From the human T2T-CHM13v2.0 reference genome, Homo sapiens: 64,000 nt of DNA. Positions 33,109 through 47,204 of the stretch are shown in pieces. The position numbers were made by a program, and so were the translations under genes. The notes under the pieces were generated by a model. It saw only the letters and a list, made by a program, of their open reading frames with translations, was not told the DNA's origin and did no database searches. Positions within the stretch are counted from its first letter, which is position 1; each line of letters starts with the position of its first letter. The DNA is taken from the NCBI RefSeq assembly GCF_009914755.1, contig NC_060926.1. One strand, written 5' to 3'.

Positions 33109-34175
33109 CTATTTTAATTTCTTTGAATTGAGAACTAACACAATTTCAAACACACAGTAGGTATTCAATAAACCCTGGCTTTGTCATTTATTGATTATTT
33201 GATCTTGGGCCTGTTACTCGCCTTATCTAACCCTTAGCCTTCTTATTGGTAAAATGATAATAATTGCCACCTTGCAAGGTTGTTGTTATAATTAGAGATA
33301 ATATAAGTCAAAGGTCTTGTATAAAATATTATTAGGCATCTCTACCCCAAAGTAATATATCATCTAGTTGGAGAAATTGATATAAATTAAAAGAGGCAAA
33401 TTGGTGTAGGGGAAGAATACTAATAAGGAGCAGGAAGACCTAAGACTCATCTCAACTTAGCCTCTCAACAAATGAGTGACTTTCCTGCTCCTTCTTTTTC
33501 TAGGTCTTACTTTCCTCATTTCAAATTGGAGGGAGGTGGTGAGTTTGGAATAGAGAATCCCAAGATCTTTTTCCACACAATGATTCTAGAAACAGAAAAT
33601 AAAAACAAGAGTAGAGATATGTAATTCTGAATTTTGAGGAGCGTAAAGAGAAGACAGTTATTCCAGGAAATTTTTAGGAAGATATGATTTAAGACAACTC
33701 TTGAAGAAATTGAAGAACACAAACTGGTTGGAAAAGAGAGAGTGGGTGGTGGGCAGGACCAAAAGAAGCACAGACAAAGGAAGATTAACATCCAGGCAAA
33801 ATCTTGGAGTAGCTGTGAAAAAACCATCAGACCCCTGGCTAGATGTGGGGAGTTGGGCTAAGATGCAATGGGACAGGAAAGGGAGGACCAGTTGATGTAA
33901 ACCTCAAGCCCTAGGCCTTAGAATTTAGATTTGAACTGATTGGCAATAGAGAGCTGCTGAAGGTTCTGAACAAGGGAGTAACAGGGTGATAATAGCATTT
34001 GGGGAAGTATATTGTGGCAGCTACTCTGCTGTCTATATAAAATGGAGATGCTAGAGGCAGGGACAACCAAAAGGATCTGTGGAAATACTTCTGTAGGATC
34101 CAGATTAGATTAGCTTCTTCACACCCTGGGATCCAGGAATGAGGTAATGGTATCCTTGACTAGGATAATATGGTA

Positions 34176-34498
34176 CAGGGGTCCCCAACCCCTGGGCTGC
34201 AGACCCGTACCAGTCTGTGGCCTGTTAGCAACCAGGCTGCAGAGCAGGAGGTGAGCATCCAGCAAGCTAGTGAAGCTGAGCTCCGCCTCCTGTCAGATCA
34301 GTGACGGCATTAGATTCTCATAGGAGCGTAAACCCTATTGTGAACTGTGCATGTGAGGGATCTAGGTTGCACTCTCTTTATGAGAAATGTAATATGCTTG
34401 AATCATCTCAAAACCATCCCCACCCCACAGCCCCCAGTCCATGAAAAATTGTCTTCCATGAAACTGGTCCCTGGTGCCAAAAAGTTTGGGGACTGCTG
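34176..34498 (+). mobile_element. MER1 (MER1B-like) hAT-Charlie MITE
   Basis: TIRs 'caggggtccccaacccc' and 'aaaaagtttggggactgctg'; internal 'gcattagattctcataggagcgtaaaccctattgtgaactg'. Confidence 0.9.
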
Positions 34499-34535
34499 GT
34501 ATAGTCGATTGTTTTACTGATCAAAATATTCATTT

Positions 34536-34670
34536 ATGCTAATGTATGCTGGGCTTAATACCCAGGTGATGGGTTGATAGGTGCAGCAAGCCACTATGGC
34601 TCACATTTACCTATGTAACAAATCTGCACATTCTGCACATGTATCCTGGAACTTAAAATAAAATAAATAT
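34536..34670 (+). mobile_element. Short L1PA (older, L1PA13-16-like) 3' end
   Basis: 'gggcttaatacccaggtgatgggttgataggtgcagcaagccactatggc...cacatgtatcctggaacttaaaataaaataaaa'. Confidence 0.85.
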
Positions 34671-34699
34671 TAATTTAATCTCTCTAGGAGATTATTATG

Positions 34700-35090
34700 C
34701 ATTCATACTCCCTGATTTCAGGCTTGGCCATGTGACTTGCAATGCCCCTATTATAAAGAGTATCGTGCCTATCATCCTCTTGAACTCAGAAGTCATGTGG
34801 CTTTCTTTAGCCAATAAGATATGAGTGGATGTGATACATGCTACCTCCAAGCAGAAGCTTGAAGAGCCACTTCAAGGTCTCACCATCTTCTCTTTTTCTT
34901 CTGCCACGAAACTAGTAATGTCACTGATAGGAGCTGCTCCTTCAGCTTAGGTACTGAAGTGAAAGGGTGTGGGGTAGAGCTGCAGCTGACCCACAGCTAA
35001 CACATATTTGTAAGACATAAACACTGGCATCATAACCCACTGAGATTTTGGAATTGTTACTGCAGCTTATTTTAGCCTTAGCTGATGGAT
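34700..35090 (+). mobile_element. MaLR LTR (MLT1J-like)
   Basis: 'gcttggccatgtgacttgc', 'agccaataagatatgagtggatgtgatacatgctacctccaagcagaagctt', 'ccactgagattttggaattgttactgcagc'. Confidence 0.65.
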
Positions 35091-35974
35091 GTAGATGATG
35101 ACTGTAAAAAAAGACACCACTAAAAAGAAAAAAAAAGAGAGAGAAGAAAGTCGCTAATGCAATGAGGAAGAGCTGAGCAGCATCTCTTGGGTTCAAGGCG
35201 TTAGAACATTACCTCCTCATTGATGAGGGTCCTATTAAAGGTTTGGAGGTGGGTGGGAAGCAAAGGGATCATGAATCCTGTTGTTGACAGCCTGAGGTAG
35301 AGCTGATATTAGGACATCCAAAGGGAGAGCCCTTGGAGGTCAGGCCTCCCCTGACTTTCTTCCCACTCCTCATCTCTCATTTGATCCTGGTATGAGGAGG
35401 AGGGGGCTAGAGCCAATGGAAAGTACCATCTCCAGGCTTCCAAATGGGATTGCTGGGCATATGAAATGTCAGTCCTAAGAATTTGGCTTTTCATCTGTAG
35501 GTGGTGGGAGTCTAATGAGATGAGAGCTGTGTAGTAGGAGTGAATGTGGAACTAGGGCAGGGATTTTGATGGACTGGAAATGGGTAGAGGGTATTAATGA
35601 CTCTGGGCAAGGGGTGAAGTATGTGTGAGCTAGAGCAGGGCACAGGAATGGAGAGGGAGGGGCATCACTGAGATCAAAGTTGCATGACTCACTTACAGAC
35701 TTACTACTATTCGATATCACATTTGCCCTTTATATTACACATAGAATCTCATATTCTCAATGAAACTTCCAGAACTGAAATCCAGAAATTAGTCTCTACT
35801 CATAGCTTATCACAGAGCCTGTCTTATCTTCCATCTAACAGCCAAGGCCGCTTATCTATCAAAATAACACTGATGATAATAATAATAGTTATTTAGCATC
35901 TACTATGCTACTATGTACCTGGTGCTGTGCTAAGCATTTTCTATACATTTAATCCCACCTGAGAATGGTTCATT

Positions 35975-36586
35975 TGTTAAGTTAATGTCTTTGAGCTCAA
36001 GACCCAGCCCTCCATACTCCGCTTTGTGATGTGGAAGCTGAGACTCTGCTAGTCACACTGATACTTATGCTGCCAGCTGCTTCATGTTAGGCTCTGCACA
36101 TAGGGGCAACAGAGGACTGTGAGTCTTGAGGAGGGAGGACCTGTTCCTTCTTGTTTGTTTCCTGTTTTAGCAATGTCTCCCCAGCAATGCCTCCTTGCCC
36201 TGGCAGTGGGTTCATTCCAGTAGCAATAGTGGAATCTAGTTTGCTGGTTTTTCAACCGTCACGGAACCAGTCTCATCATGCCCACTCAGCAACCCTGTAC
36301 AAGCCCAGCAATGTGCGTCCTCAGAGGTCTGGGTGTCAGCCCTGCAGGAAGCCTCCTCTAAGTTTCTCAGTTTTAGTAATTCCAGCTTCCTTGCCTTTGT
36401 TCTCCAGCCCTCAGGGTGGCAGCTACTTCCTGCAGTTCCCACCTCAGTGATATCTCAGATTCAGCGTTTTACCCTTCCAGTTGCCTAGTTAACAACTTTC
36501 TACCCACTCAGTGATTCTTTATGTTTAATTCTTTCTGTTGAAATAACGCGCTGTTTCTCTCTCCTGCTGCGACCCTGACTGGTGCT
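35975..36586 (+). mobile_element. LTR41-like ERVL solo LTR inserted in a MIR
   Basis: 'ctccgctttgtgatgtggaagctgagactctgc', 'tcctcagaggtctgggtgtcagc', 'cagctacttcctgcagtt', 'gaccctgactggtgc'. Confidence 0.7.
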
Positions 36587-39500
36587 CTGAGGTAAATGTT
36601 ACTTTTTCCCTTGTATAAATAATGTAGCCAATGCTTAGTATTATGCCCACTGTCATACTGCTAATAAGTGATTCCAGTCAGAATTCAGATCTTTCTTTTA
36701 ACTCCAGAGCCCTGGTCGTAATTGCTCCCATCCCTGCTTCCTTTGGGGTCTCACGATCTTGCTCACTTTTTGTGTCTGGTGTCTGCCATCACTGGGCGAC
36801 CGCTCTGGAGCAGGCCCTGCTCTTTCCCCCACCCTCTGAGTGCAGGGTGGAAGGCCCAGGGGGTGCATGCTATAGATGGCATCATTGCAGCCCTGTCGGA
36901 ATCAGAGAGATGGCTGGCTGCTGCTGGTGCCCACATCCATGGTGTCATGAGTTTAGGACTTGGCACCCCAGGACCTCCTTTGCAGCCCTTGACTGAGAGC
37001 TCTCTCTGCTCAGCTTCCCCTGGCAGCTTTGGAAGAAAAGTGGGGCACCAGCGTGTGGACAGCGAGCAGCCCGGGGAGGGAACCAGGCTGGCTGGAGCGG
37101 ACAGGCAGTGGGGCCTGCTGGGAACTCCTCGGTGTTTGGCTTCTCTGTTCAGGAAGGAAGCAGACACTTTAAATCTTAGTCCTCTATGGATAAAGCCATC
37201 CCAGTTTAATGTGTTTTTGCTTAGCCCCAAGCTGGAGTGTTCCTCTTCGAGCCAAACAAACAGAACAATGCAAACATTCCCTCCCCTCCGCCACCAATTT
37301 CCAGGCCGGGAGTCTCCTGCTGATCTGATGTGGTGGCCTGTGCTGTGGGTGAGGCTGCCCTGGTGGAATGTGGGTGAAGGGTGAGCCTCAGCCCGGCTCC
37401 CTCCCAGGATTCCAGGCAGCGTGACCTAACCCTTCCCTGCACACTCCTCAGCAGAGCCTGGTGGAGGAAAAAGCCAGGCTCAGTCAGCACCAGGCCTAAC
37501 CTGGCCTGCCCTCACCTCATGATCCTCCTGCCTACTCCCCCTGGCTCTGGGCCAGGGATGATCCAGCTGACACCTGGAAGGTGGTTGAGGGTGGCCTGGG
37601 AGGCAGGCAGGACCCTCATGACACTCACAGTGCCCTTGTGCCTGACTTCATAGATTTAGAGAGAGAGGCTGGAGAATCAGTTATCTACAAACAACTCAGA
37701 ATTGTGAGAAGGGCCGGATTGTTCTCCGTGCTCCTGATGTTGAAAATCTTTATAAATTGAACAAGTCAAAGTGTACTGACTGCTTACAGTGTGCCACTGG
37801 CAGGAAGGTACCAGCTCAATTCAGATGTCTTGCATAGCAGGGCACTTGGGGAAACAGAATTTGTGTTGTCGACATTCGACATTGTAGATTTGTCCACTTA
37901 TTACGATAGTTTCCTAGGAGATGAAGGTAAAGTGTCTTGAGGAAGGGGTGCCTTTGCCTAATTTGCATAAAGGCACCAAAGGGGCACTAGTAGTCTACTA
38001 GGACCATCCCCCTTCCTCACCCACATACCCTTGCTGTTGATTTCTGTGTATCTGTTGGTATTTGTACATAATACATACATAAAAGTTCTTGTCCCCTTCT
38101 GGAGAGGGGAATTGGGGAAGAAGCTGCCGAGGAGAAAAGTAGGGAAGATGGAAAAGCTGGCATACCTTCCACTCTCTAGCCTAGTGGTCATGGGGCCGAT
38201 GGCCAAAGCAGATAAAAAACTCTTCATTGAGTCTCAGTAGTGAACTGCCTCAGGGCCCAGGGGCAGGTTGCTGGCAAAGGGGCTCTTCTCTCCTCTGCCC
38301 AGCATCCAGTACTTTTGTGGCACTGGAGAACTGCAGGCCTTGGGGACAGGCAGGAACTGTACCCTTGGCAGGAACCCTCACTACCTAAGGATGGGCAATG
38401 GCTTATGAGTGAGAAACACGGAGCCGTGGGAACTCAGAATGACATGCTACCTGGAGATTGTGGTAACGCCCTGTTTTTTTGTGGGCATATCTACGAGCCT
38501 CAAGGACATTGGAGACAGCCACCTAGCAAGAGCTGGGGGCCTGTGGGGGAAGCTGGGATCCTGCTGCTTTACATTCAGCAAATATTTAGAGAGTGTTGGG
38601 GAAGGTGGAGTTTGCTCTGTCATCTAGTGTGGTCAGGGTGGGCCTCTCATAGAAAGTGACTAACAAAGTAGCCCAACATGGGGTAGGCGTGCATTTCAGG
38701 AGGAGGAACCAGGTGGTTGCACATCAGGCTGTTCTGTGTGTCAAGAACTGCAGGCCATCCAGTGATGGTGGGGCAGTGAGTATGGGACAGGGATGCAGAG
38801 GAGGCCAGCGAAATAGTAGGAAACCAGAACCTTGAAGGTCCTAGACAGCACTGAGGTTTTCCTCTCGATGAAATGAGAGGGTTTTGAGCAAGGGAGTAAC
38901 GTGGTTTGATGCGTGCAGATAAAGGCTTTTAAATCAGCAGCCATTGCAGGTTTGTTCACGGCAGTCTTTTATGGCGGTGCTATTATTATCCCCATCATAA
39001 AAGCAGGAAAGCTTTGTTTAAAGGATTTAAGAAATTTACCGAAGGTTAGCCAGAGTGGAATGGAAGTTGGGATTTGAACCCAACCTGGAGCCCTGCTTTT
39101 AATCACCAATGGATGCTCCCTCTCCATGGCTGAAAAAACTCGTCATGCTGCAAGAACCTTTTCCTTCAAGCCTAGTACTAGGTGTGACAACACCCTCCAT
39201 ACCTGCCAAGACCTTTCTGATCTCCCAGGGATTGACTTCACTCTGCAATCATCTTTCTTAGTGATTGGAGCACCCAACTGCTGGTGATCTCTCAGGCATG
39301 CAAATGACTTTGGCTTAAGGATCTTATCTCAATCTATAGGGAGATCCTCCTGGGATTCAGAGACCTAGTCCCATCGAGGCCTATACATCTATTTAATTAA
39401 AAACAAGTTCAAATCTTGAGGTTTGGGAAATTGCCTGCCTAGTAATGCAAATCTATAAATTCTACTTCCTGCTGCTTCCAGGCTGACTGTAAATACCCTG

Positions 39501-42500
39501 AAAAATCAGCCTCACTCGAAATGTTTTGGCCATTCCACTTCTGGCTCAATAGGTAGTAATAAGTAAAAATGAAAGTGGTGAGAGAAAAACTAGATGAAAT
39601 TAAAACTAGCCCTTCACAGGGCTCAGCTCAGGGATGGTGGTTAAGGACTTCTGGCTTGTTCCTGTCATGTCTGACGTGGCTCTTTAATTCCTAAACCCGA
39701 GTCCTCAGGGTCTGTACAGCCACCTCTTCTTTCCCTGATGACTCACCTTCAGCTCTGAAGTTAGAAGAGGCAGATGAGTCATCATCATTTCAGAAGCAAC
39801 AACTGATGCAAAGAATCTCAGTTTTGCTATTAAACTAGGGCGGTTATTACATATTCTCAACCAAAAGCAAGCACTAAGCCCTGGCAGGGGCTATCCATGG
39901 AGTACTCACAGGACAAGGGTGCAGGATATTTGAGATTTGTGGTGTTCTAGGAAATCCAGTTGCATAGGAGCCACATATTCTGTGAATTTGAAGTCAGGGT
40001 CTTGGGCAGCCTGAATTCTCTAAAAGGTCTCGCTACCACTTAAGGACTGATACATTTCCTGAAAGATACATTGCCTTCCTGGTAATAGCCGCTGTAGTGA
40101 TACAATAGTAACAATTACAGTACACCCCAAGGTACTACAATCCCCAAACCATCTGAGTTTGCCTGACAGTCCCTGGTATTCATTTGATGAAGTCAAGCTT
40201 TGAGATAAGCACACTTTCCAGAGCTGGTAGTGATACTGCCTGGATTCTACTTGGACTAGTGTGCCCAGCTAGTCTGTTGAGCAGTCCCAGGGAAGGCTGT
40301 CTGTGGAAAGGTAAACGAGATGCAGATGTGAGCCCCTCATTTCATTGCAGCATACATCTGCCAACCCAGTGAACACTGTCATCATCTTTTATCACAAAGA
40401 CCCACCCTCCCACTCACCTCTTCCAACACTAACCTAGGGCTCTCTTTTAGACCTATTCAGAGATTCCTGGGCTACTCCACGATGGCTAATAGCCCATTGC
40501 TTGCTCTCAAGTTAGCTTTTAAGTCTTCATCCTGCCCACTGATGAACTTTTATTCCAATTGCTTAGCAGTGGCATTCTCAGGGCTCAATGGTCATAGACT
40601 CATGCTTTCTGCCATTCTGGTGACACAGCACACAAACACACATGTGCACACACCCCACAAACCATACATACACATCACACACAGAGGTTTCCAATAAACC
40701 AAATGTGTGAATCTTTTCCAGAGTGAGGGCAACTAGACCATACCAAAAGATAGAATTGTTTCATTATCTTCTTATTTTACTTGGATTCAACTCTTATTTC
40801 AGTAGAATTGTTTTATTTTTCCAGGGAGGGTTACTGTGAAAGGAACTTGATTCTCTCTGTGTCATTAGAAATGTATCTCTTTCACACCAAGCTCCATGGT
40901 TTTGCCTCTAGAAATGAGCTCCCGAGTCAGAAAGAAAGCTCATTTCTTTTTGGAATTTGATTCTTTCAGGCAACAGATGCTGAGTGCCTACTGTGTGCAA
41001 GATCCCAGCTAGGTTGTTCAGGATATAAGAATAGATAGACTAAACTCTCTGCCTTCTGATAAACAAAACTTAAATGTCCTTGCTGGCAACATGAAAGACA
41101 AGTTACATATGTCTATATTTAACTCCTAAATAGATAACTTTGTGGATCCAATCTCAGTGAAATCCTTTGCCATAGATCTTTTGACAATTTGGGGCTCATT
41201 TCTGTGGGAATTTACAGTGTCATTGCAATGAAGGAAACTCTTTTCCATATTTTGTAAACTTTTGCAGAGTGCTGCCCTAGGGCAGAAGTGATTACAGCGA
41301 GCTCCTATTAATTAATTATGCCTATCTGAGTGCAGACGCAGAGCAGCCAGTGGGCTTGGAGCTGCGTCTGGCAGCCTGTGGAGGGCTGGGTGCCACAACA
41401 GGGCTATTGTTCTGCTCACCATTGCCTTTGGCTCCCTCTTGGCATTGGTTCCTAATTGCCTCCCAACTGGGTAGGTCTGAACCTGTTTTCTGAGCCTCCT
41501 TGGCAGGTATGTAACCAAATGTCCCCAGGCCTCACCAGCCTGCGGGAGCCAATTAGATGCCACTTTCACTGAGAGTTAGCTAGCTACTTGCTCCACCTGT
41601 GTGACTCCTGACCTTCACACCTCCCCTTTCTCAAAGTTTGTCTGCTTCTTTTGGGGGAGTCCACAGAATGTATCAAGTAGGCAGAGAATAAGTTTGCAGC
41701 TCTTGGATGTTCGTGGCTTGTCAACCATTTGAAACTGCCCCTCTTTCGGTATCCTGTGTCTCAATTCCCCTGCTCAGGGCCAAGTCTCTGGCTCAGCCCA
41801 CCTGGCACAGGTGGCTGAGCTGCTGGCTGGGGCACCCATGAGCTTTCAGGTGCCCAAGCTATGCAGAACTCCCTGGGGACCTCAGGGATGTTGTTCAGTG
41901 GGCTGCGACTATGGCACAGCTCAAAAGAGAGCACTGCAACATCTCTCATGAAACTCTTTCCTGTGAGGCTTCTTTCATTCAGGGCTTGTCTTCCAGGGTC
42001 ACGAAGCTAGCCCTTGGCCTCTGCCCCACCTGCAAAGCGCCACAGAGCTGTGTTCCCTGCATTCCTTCTTGTGCTGTGGTCCTGCCGCATTCCTCGCAGA
42101 ACTGGGGAAAAGACCCTCACCCTACCCTGTGAAATTTCCTTATAGTTTGAGTCTCAAAGCTGCTCTGCTTGCACCTGAGGATCTAAAATTTTCTGTGCTG
42201 ACAGCTCCTCAGTTTCTGGCTCTGGCTTTGCCCTCCTTAGGGGCTCACACCCTACTGGGCCTCCCTCCTTCGTCCTGCAACTCCCCCAATTCTCCCTTAG
42301 TGCCCATCTACTGTTCATTAAACTCCTCCTTGCTGCTCCAGCTAAAAATCAAGAGGATGCAGATCAACTGTGCAAATAAATACTTGGAGACTATGGATGG
42401 GTTTGGTTTCAACTGGCCCTGTTGCAAGAAAAGCACTGAGCTTCTAACATGCATATTCCTTTTTCTGGCTTTAGATGGAAAACAGCTTACAGTTTCTTGA

Positions 42501-42699
42501 CAGCAAGGTCCTTAATTCCTTTCCTTAATTTCCCCACCCTGTTTCCTAAAAGGATAAAATGAGATAATGCGGTGAAAGTTATACCTAAATTGCAAATGGC
42601 CATGTCAGTGTAGTATAAGGTTAAAACCTTGCATGCGTCAATGCTCAGTAGGTACCAATACTGAATGACTAGTGGCCATGACATTTATTATTTTTCTAG

Positions 42700-43400
42700 T
42701 AATCCATTTAAAATATTTATTAAACATCTATTATGTGACAGTTTCTATTCTAGACATGGGAGATATAGGGATGAAAAAGAAAGAGATCCTAATGGGGAAA
42801 GATGAATGCTAAATAAACTAGTTAAAAACAATAAATAAGAAAATATCAGACTGTGACTAATGCTCTTCAGAGAATTGACTTAGAGTAATGTGATGGAGGG
42901 TGACTACGTGGTTCTGTTAGAGCAGGAAACCAGGTCAGGCCTCCCCGAGGCAGTGACAAGTCGAGATCAGATTGCAGGAGAAGTCATCCAAGCAAAGGTC
43001 AGAGGAAAGAGGACTCCAGGCAGAATAGCAGCTTGGGCAAGGAGCAGGGGTGAGCTTGGTGAGCTCTGATGATGGAGTCCAGGAAAAGGGGAGGCTTTTT
43101 CTGCTTTTTACATAATGGGAAGCAATTAGAATTTGAAACAGGGGAGTAACATAATCTGGTTTATGTTCAAAAAAGAGAACTTAGGCTGCTGTGGGAGGAA
43201 GGGGTTGAAGTGGCTCAAGAGAGGCAGCAGGAAGACCAGGCAGGAGTCTGATCTGGCAGGATGGTGATGGGGCCAGGGTGACCAGATCCAACTTGGAGAG
43301 CATAGACAGATTTGGGGTCTTTGGAGGTAGAGCTGACTGGACTCGTTGATTGATTGGATGTAGAGATCGAGGAAAGAGGAGGCTCCAAGCTTCCTGGGCG
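42700..43400 (-). mobile_element. L2 LINE fragment
   Basis: 'aatatttattaaacatctattatgtgacag...aatgggaagcaattagaatttgaaacaggggagtaacataatctgg'. Confidence 0.75.
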
Positions 43401-45693
43401 ACAACTATGGAAACCAGAAGCCTCTTACCAGATTGGGATGCAGGTGGCCTGCATCAGGGTGGTGACCAAAGTGTTAGGAGAGTGGCTTATCCTACAGGAG
43501 GGGGAAGGGGCACTGGCACCTCTCTTTTTCTCTCTGACATGTGTGGGTACTGCAGGAAGATTGGAGAGAATCTGCTAGAGCAATCAGTTGGTTTCGGATA
43601 CTTAAAAAGCAGCTTTTGAAAGCAAACCATAGCCAATTCCACAGGCTAGAAGTCAAATAACTTTAAAATAGCCCAAGGCAGGTATAGTGAATTAAAGTGG
43701 CTAAAAGTTCTGTTTACTGTCTGAAATATCCATGGCAGCGGTACAGAGAGTTCAGGAGCTGGGTTGGGCTTGGGGATTTCTGATAACAGTCTTCACACTG
43801 GAATTTAATTTGTTTTACTTAAAGGTAAGCCTGAGCACTATTTTCATGAAAACTGCCTGCTCAATCTATTCTTTAAGGACCTGAAAACCCAGACCCCAAA
43901 GGAATGTTCTGCTTTGCCAACATTCACTGTCCCGGTGTTTGCTGACTTCACAAACAGAACTTGATGAAAATATGAAAAGACCTGAGAAAGGGTGAATGTA
44001 TGAGAGGAAGATCCTCTGGGAGCCCAAGGAATTTACAGATCCCTGAATTTTATCACTGTAGTTACTTTTAAATTAAAGACAATAACTGTTCCTTCCAGGT
44101 TCTCGTTGACAAATAAGAATGCCGATGTCACTCAAGCATATGATATGATAATCTTTCCCAGAACTGGGAGTATTCAGAACTAACCAGACATGGGAACTGT
44201 GTTTTTTCAATGTCTGAGACTTTCTCCTAATTCCATCTTAGTCACACGTAGTTACTCATTACCTTGAAGGGCATTAAGAGTTTATCCATGGCTGCTGTAC
44301 ATTTTGTGCTGCTTTGTTAAATCAGGAAAAAATGCAGACAGCTGAGTCATAGTTTTCAATTAGTTTTTCAATTTCACCAGGAACAAAGTTTTTCAATATC
44401 TTTATCAATTTTGTTGCTTTTCATATTACTCTGATTACATACTTTGCAGGATAATCCAGCCTTTTCCTGAAGTATATTAATAATGCATAATATAAATGGG
44501 GAGCTGCATTATCAAAGTACTCTTAAACAGAGGTGAAAACTTGAAATCCAGCAAGATTTAGTGATTCACATTCATGGTCTATAGAGATGTGACAGAGGAA
44601 AGGAGAATAAGACAATTAAGAACCTTGAAATCATGACAGGGATTTATTACCCAAGAAGAACTACTCTATATGACTTTGAAAATCTGAAATTTATTTAATT
44701 CAACAGATATTACACACCCATTTTATATCCAGTCCTACTATATGGAATAAGTATTCATACATTTTATCAATAAAATATTTTAAGTACTGCTGACATGTAA
44801 AACACTGTGGATATAAGGGCCTCATCTTCAAGGAACCTTTATCTAGTTGGGTAGACAACACAGATGAACTAGTTCAATGGCAGCACAAAGTGAAATGTGA
44901 GATGATTTCAAATGAGAGGTATGGCCAATATGTGCTTGAAGGTCAAAGACTGTTTTCTGCCTGAAATAGTCAGGTCTCTGACCTCAGCTAAATGGTCCTT
45001 GAAGGACAGGCAAGATTTGGGTGGGAGAGACTAAGGGACAAGTTTCTTCAGGCAGGAGGAATAGCACACACAAAGGTACCACCTGGGAAGGATTCAAGCG
45101 TGCACATAGCAAAAGGGACCCACTTGGTGGGATGGTTTTGTGGGGACATTGTTAAAAAAAAAGTAGACTAACACAAATAGTGTCATTTGCTGGGACAGAA
45201 ATAACATCCTTTCTGAGACAATAATGGCTTGGCTGGCACTGTGTGTATATGCAATTGTGGAGGAGCTTAGTCACAAATAATCTTTCTTATCTATTTGCAT
45301 GAGTCAGGCTGGAGCTAGAAAAATTGATGAAAAATCAACTCATTAAAGAAGCAGTAACTCACTCTTCAGGAAGTAGGAAGAGGAATTAAGATGGACATAC
45401 AGATTGTAGTTATTTGAGCAAAGGAAAGGCAAAGTCACCAAATGGTAATGTATTTACCTGCCAGTCCTATATATTAATTTCCTCCACTGAAGAGGTTTGA
45501 TTTCAGAGGGATTAACTCTTCTTTGGGGGGATTAAAAAATAATCTCAATAATCAAGAGATTTATTCAGCTCAGTGGTTCAATGGGTTTAAATCCAGAATG
45601 AGAACCCTAGAGATTGTCCAATTCTTAATTTACCTGGGCTGTTAATTTGCCACATGTGTGATCCTAGATATAATTATAAAGCCCCAGTTTCTT

Positions 45694-45975
45694 TTTTCTT
45701 TTTCACTTTTTTTTTTTTAATTTTGCGATGCAGTCTTGCTCGGTTGCTCAGGCTGGAGTACAGTGGTGTGATCTCGGCTCACTGTAACCTCATCCTGAGT
45801 AGCTGGGATTATAGGCTCACGCCACCATGCCTAGCTAATTTTTTTGTATTTTTTTAGTAGAGACAGGGTTTTACCATGTTGGCCAGGCTGGTCTCCAACT
45901 CCTGACCTCAAATGACCTGCCTGCCTCGGCCTCCTAAAGTGCTGGGATTACAGGTGTGAGCCACTGCTCCTGGCT
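45694..45975 (-). mobile_element. Alu (AluS-like) with internal deletion in the right arm
   Basis: 'actgtaacctcatcctgagtagctggg' skips ~35 nt of consensus; TSD cccagtttctt at 45683-45693 and 45976-45986. Confidence 0.93.
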
Positions 45976-46679
45976 CCCAGTTTCTTCATCTTTAAAACAT
46001 TTACCCAAATGTCTCAGAAAAGGAAGTGTAAGATTTATATTCTCTCTCTTTTTCTCCATCTCTCTCTAACTAGGGTGGTGCCATGAATATCAAATACCCT
46101 ATTTTCAAAGCTGTGATTGGCTCTGCCACTCACTACCTGTTGACTTTGTACAAGATGCTGAATTTCTAGAAGGCTGTTTCTTCTTCTTTAAAGCCTGGAT
46201 AATAGTATGATTTGATAAAGGTATTATAAAGATGAAGACAGATAACATGTGCAAAGTGCCTAGCACAGAACTTGGCAATTCAATAAAATAAAGCTATTTT
46301 TCCTTTTGTTAAACTTGTATAGTTATTTACAGTTTATAAAGCATTTTCATGAACTTCATGATAACCTCTTAAGGTAGACGCAATTATCACCAGTTTTGGA
46401 GATAAGAAAACTGAGGCTAAGAAATACCACAGCCATGCTACAGCAGCAGACAGAGTCGTGCAGTCTATCAGGCCTATTTCAATGGCATTTACCCTCTGCT
46501 CTAGCTGTCTTTTGTGGTGGGACATGCAAACTAAAATGAAATAAATTGTATATTTATTACATACAATTCATAGTGAGCATTCAATAAATGTGGTTCGCTT
46601 CCGAATCTCATAAGGTAGCTAGTGAGGGCTCTAGGCAAAACTAGTAAGCTGGTCAATAATTTCTTAATTTTCTACCTCC

Positions 46680-46988
46680 GTGTGTCTGATATGGTAGCAA
46701 CTACCAACATGTGGCTATGAGCACCTGAAATGTGGCTAGTCCAAATGGAGATGTGCTGCAAGTATAAAATACTCATTGAACTTTAGAGATTTCATGTAAA
46801 AATATGTAAAATACCTCACTGATAATTTTGAAAATCAATTACATAATGAAATGACAATATTTTGGTATGTTCAGTTAAATATTTCACCTGTTTCTTTTTA
46901 CTTCCTCATAATGTGGCTACTAGAAAATGTTGAATTGCATATGTAGCTCACATTTGTGGCTTGTATTATATTTCTATTGGACAGAGCT
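46680..46988. mobile_element. MER33-like hAT-Charlie MITE
   Basis: 'atggtagcaactaccaacatgtggctatgagcacctgaaatgtggctagtcc...aatgtggctactagaaaa...tatatttctattggacagagct'. Confidence 0.8.
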
Positions 46989-47204
46989 ACTTTATGTAAC
47001 CCTTTGCCCTTCTAAAGGTGTTCCCTGGTCTCTTGGCCCTCCTCCTTCCTCACCAGGACTCCAAGATCCTCCTATCTGACGAATAGTGTTCTGCTCACCT
47101 ACTTCATGCCAAGATGTTAATTTCTCTTTCTGCAGACAGTCTGCTTTTAGAAGAGGTACTGAAAGTGGAGGTTAATACACCTGGGTGTGGAAGAGATATT
47201 AAAG

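Noticed and set aside
36631-37653. Overlapping 120-220-aa ORFs in a GC-richer stretch
   Set aside because: Non-ATG starts, open frames on both strands, no recognisable domain; expected from GC content.
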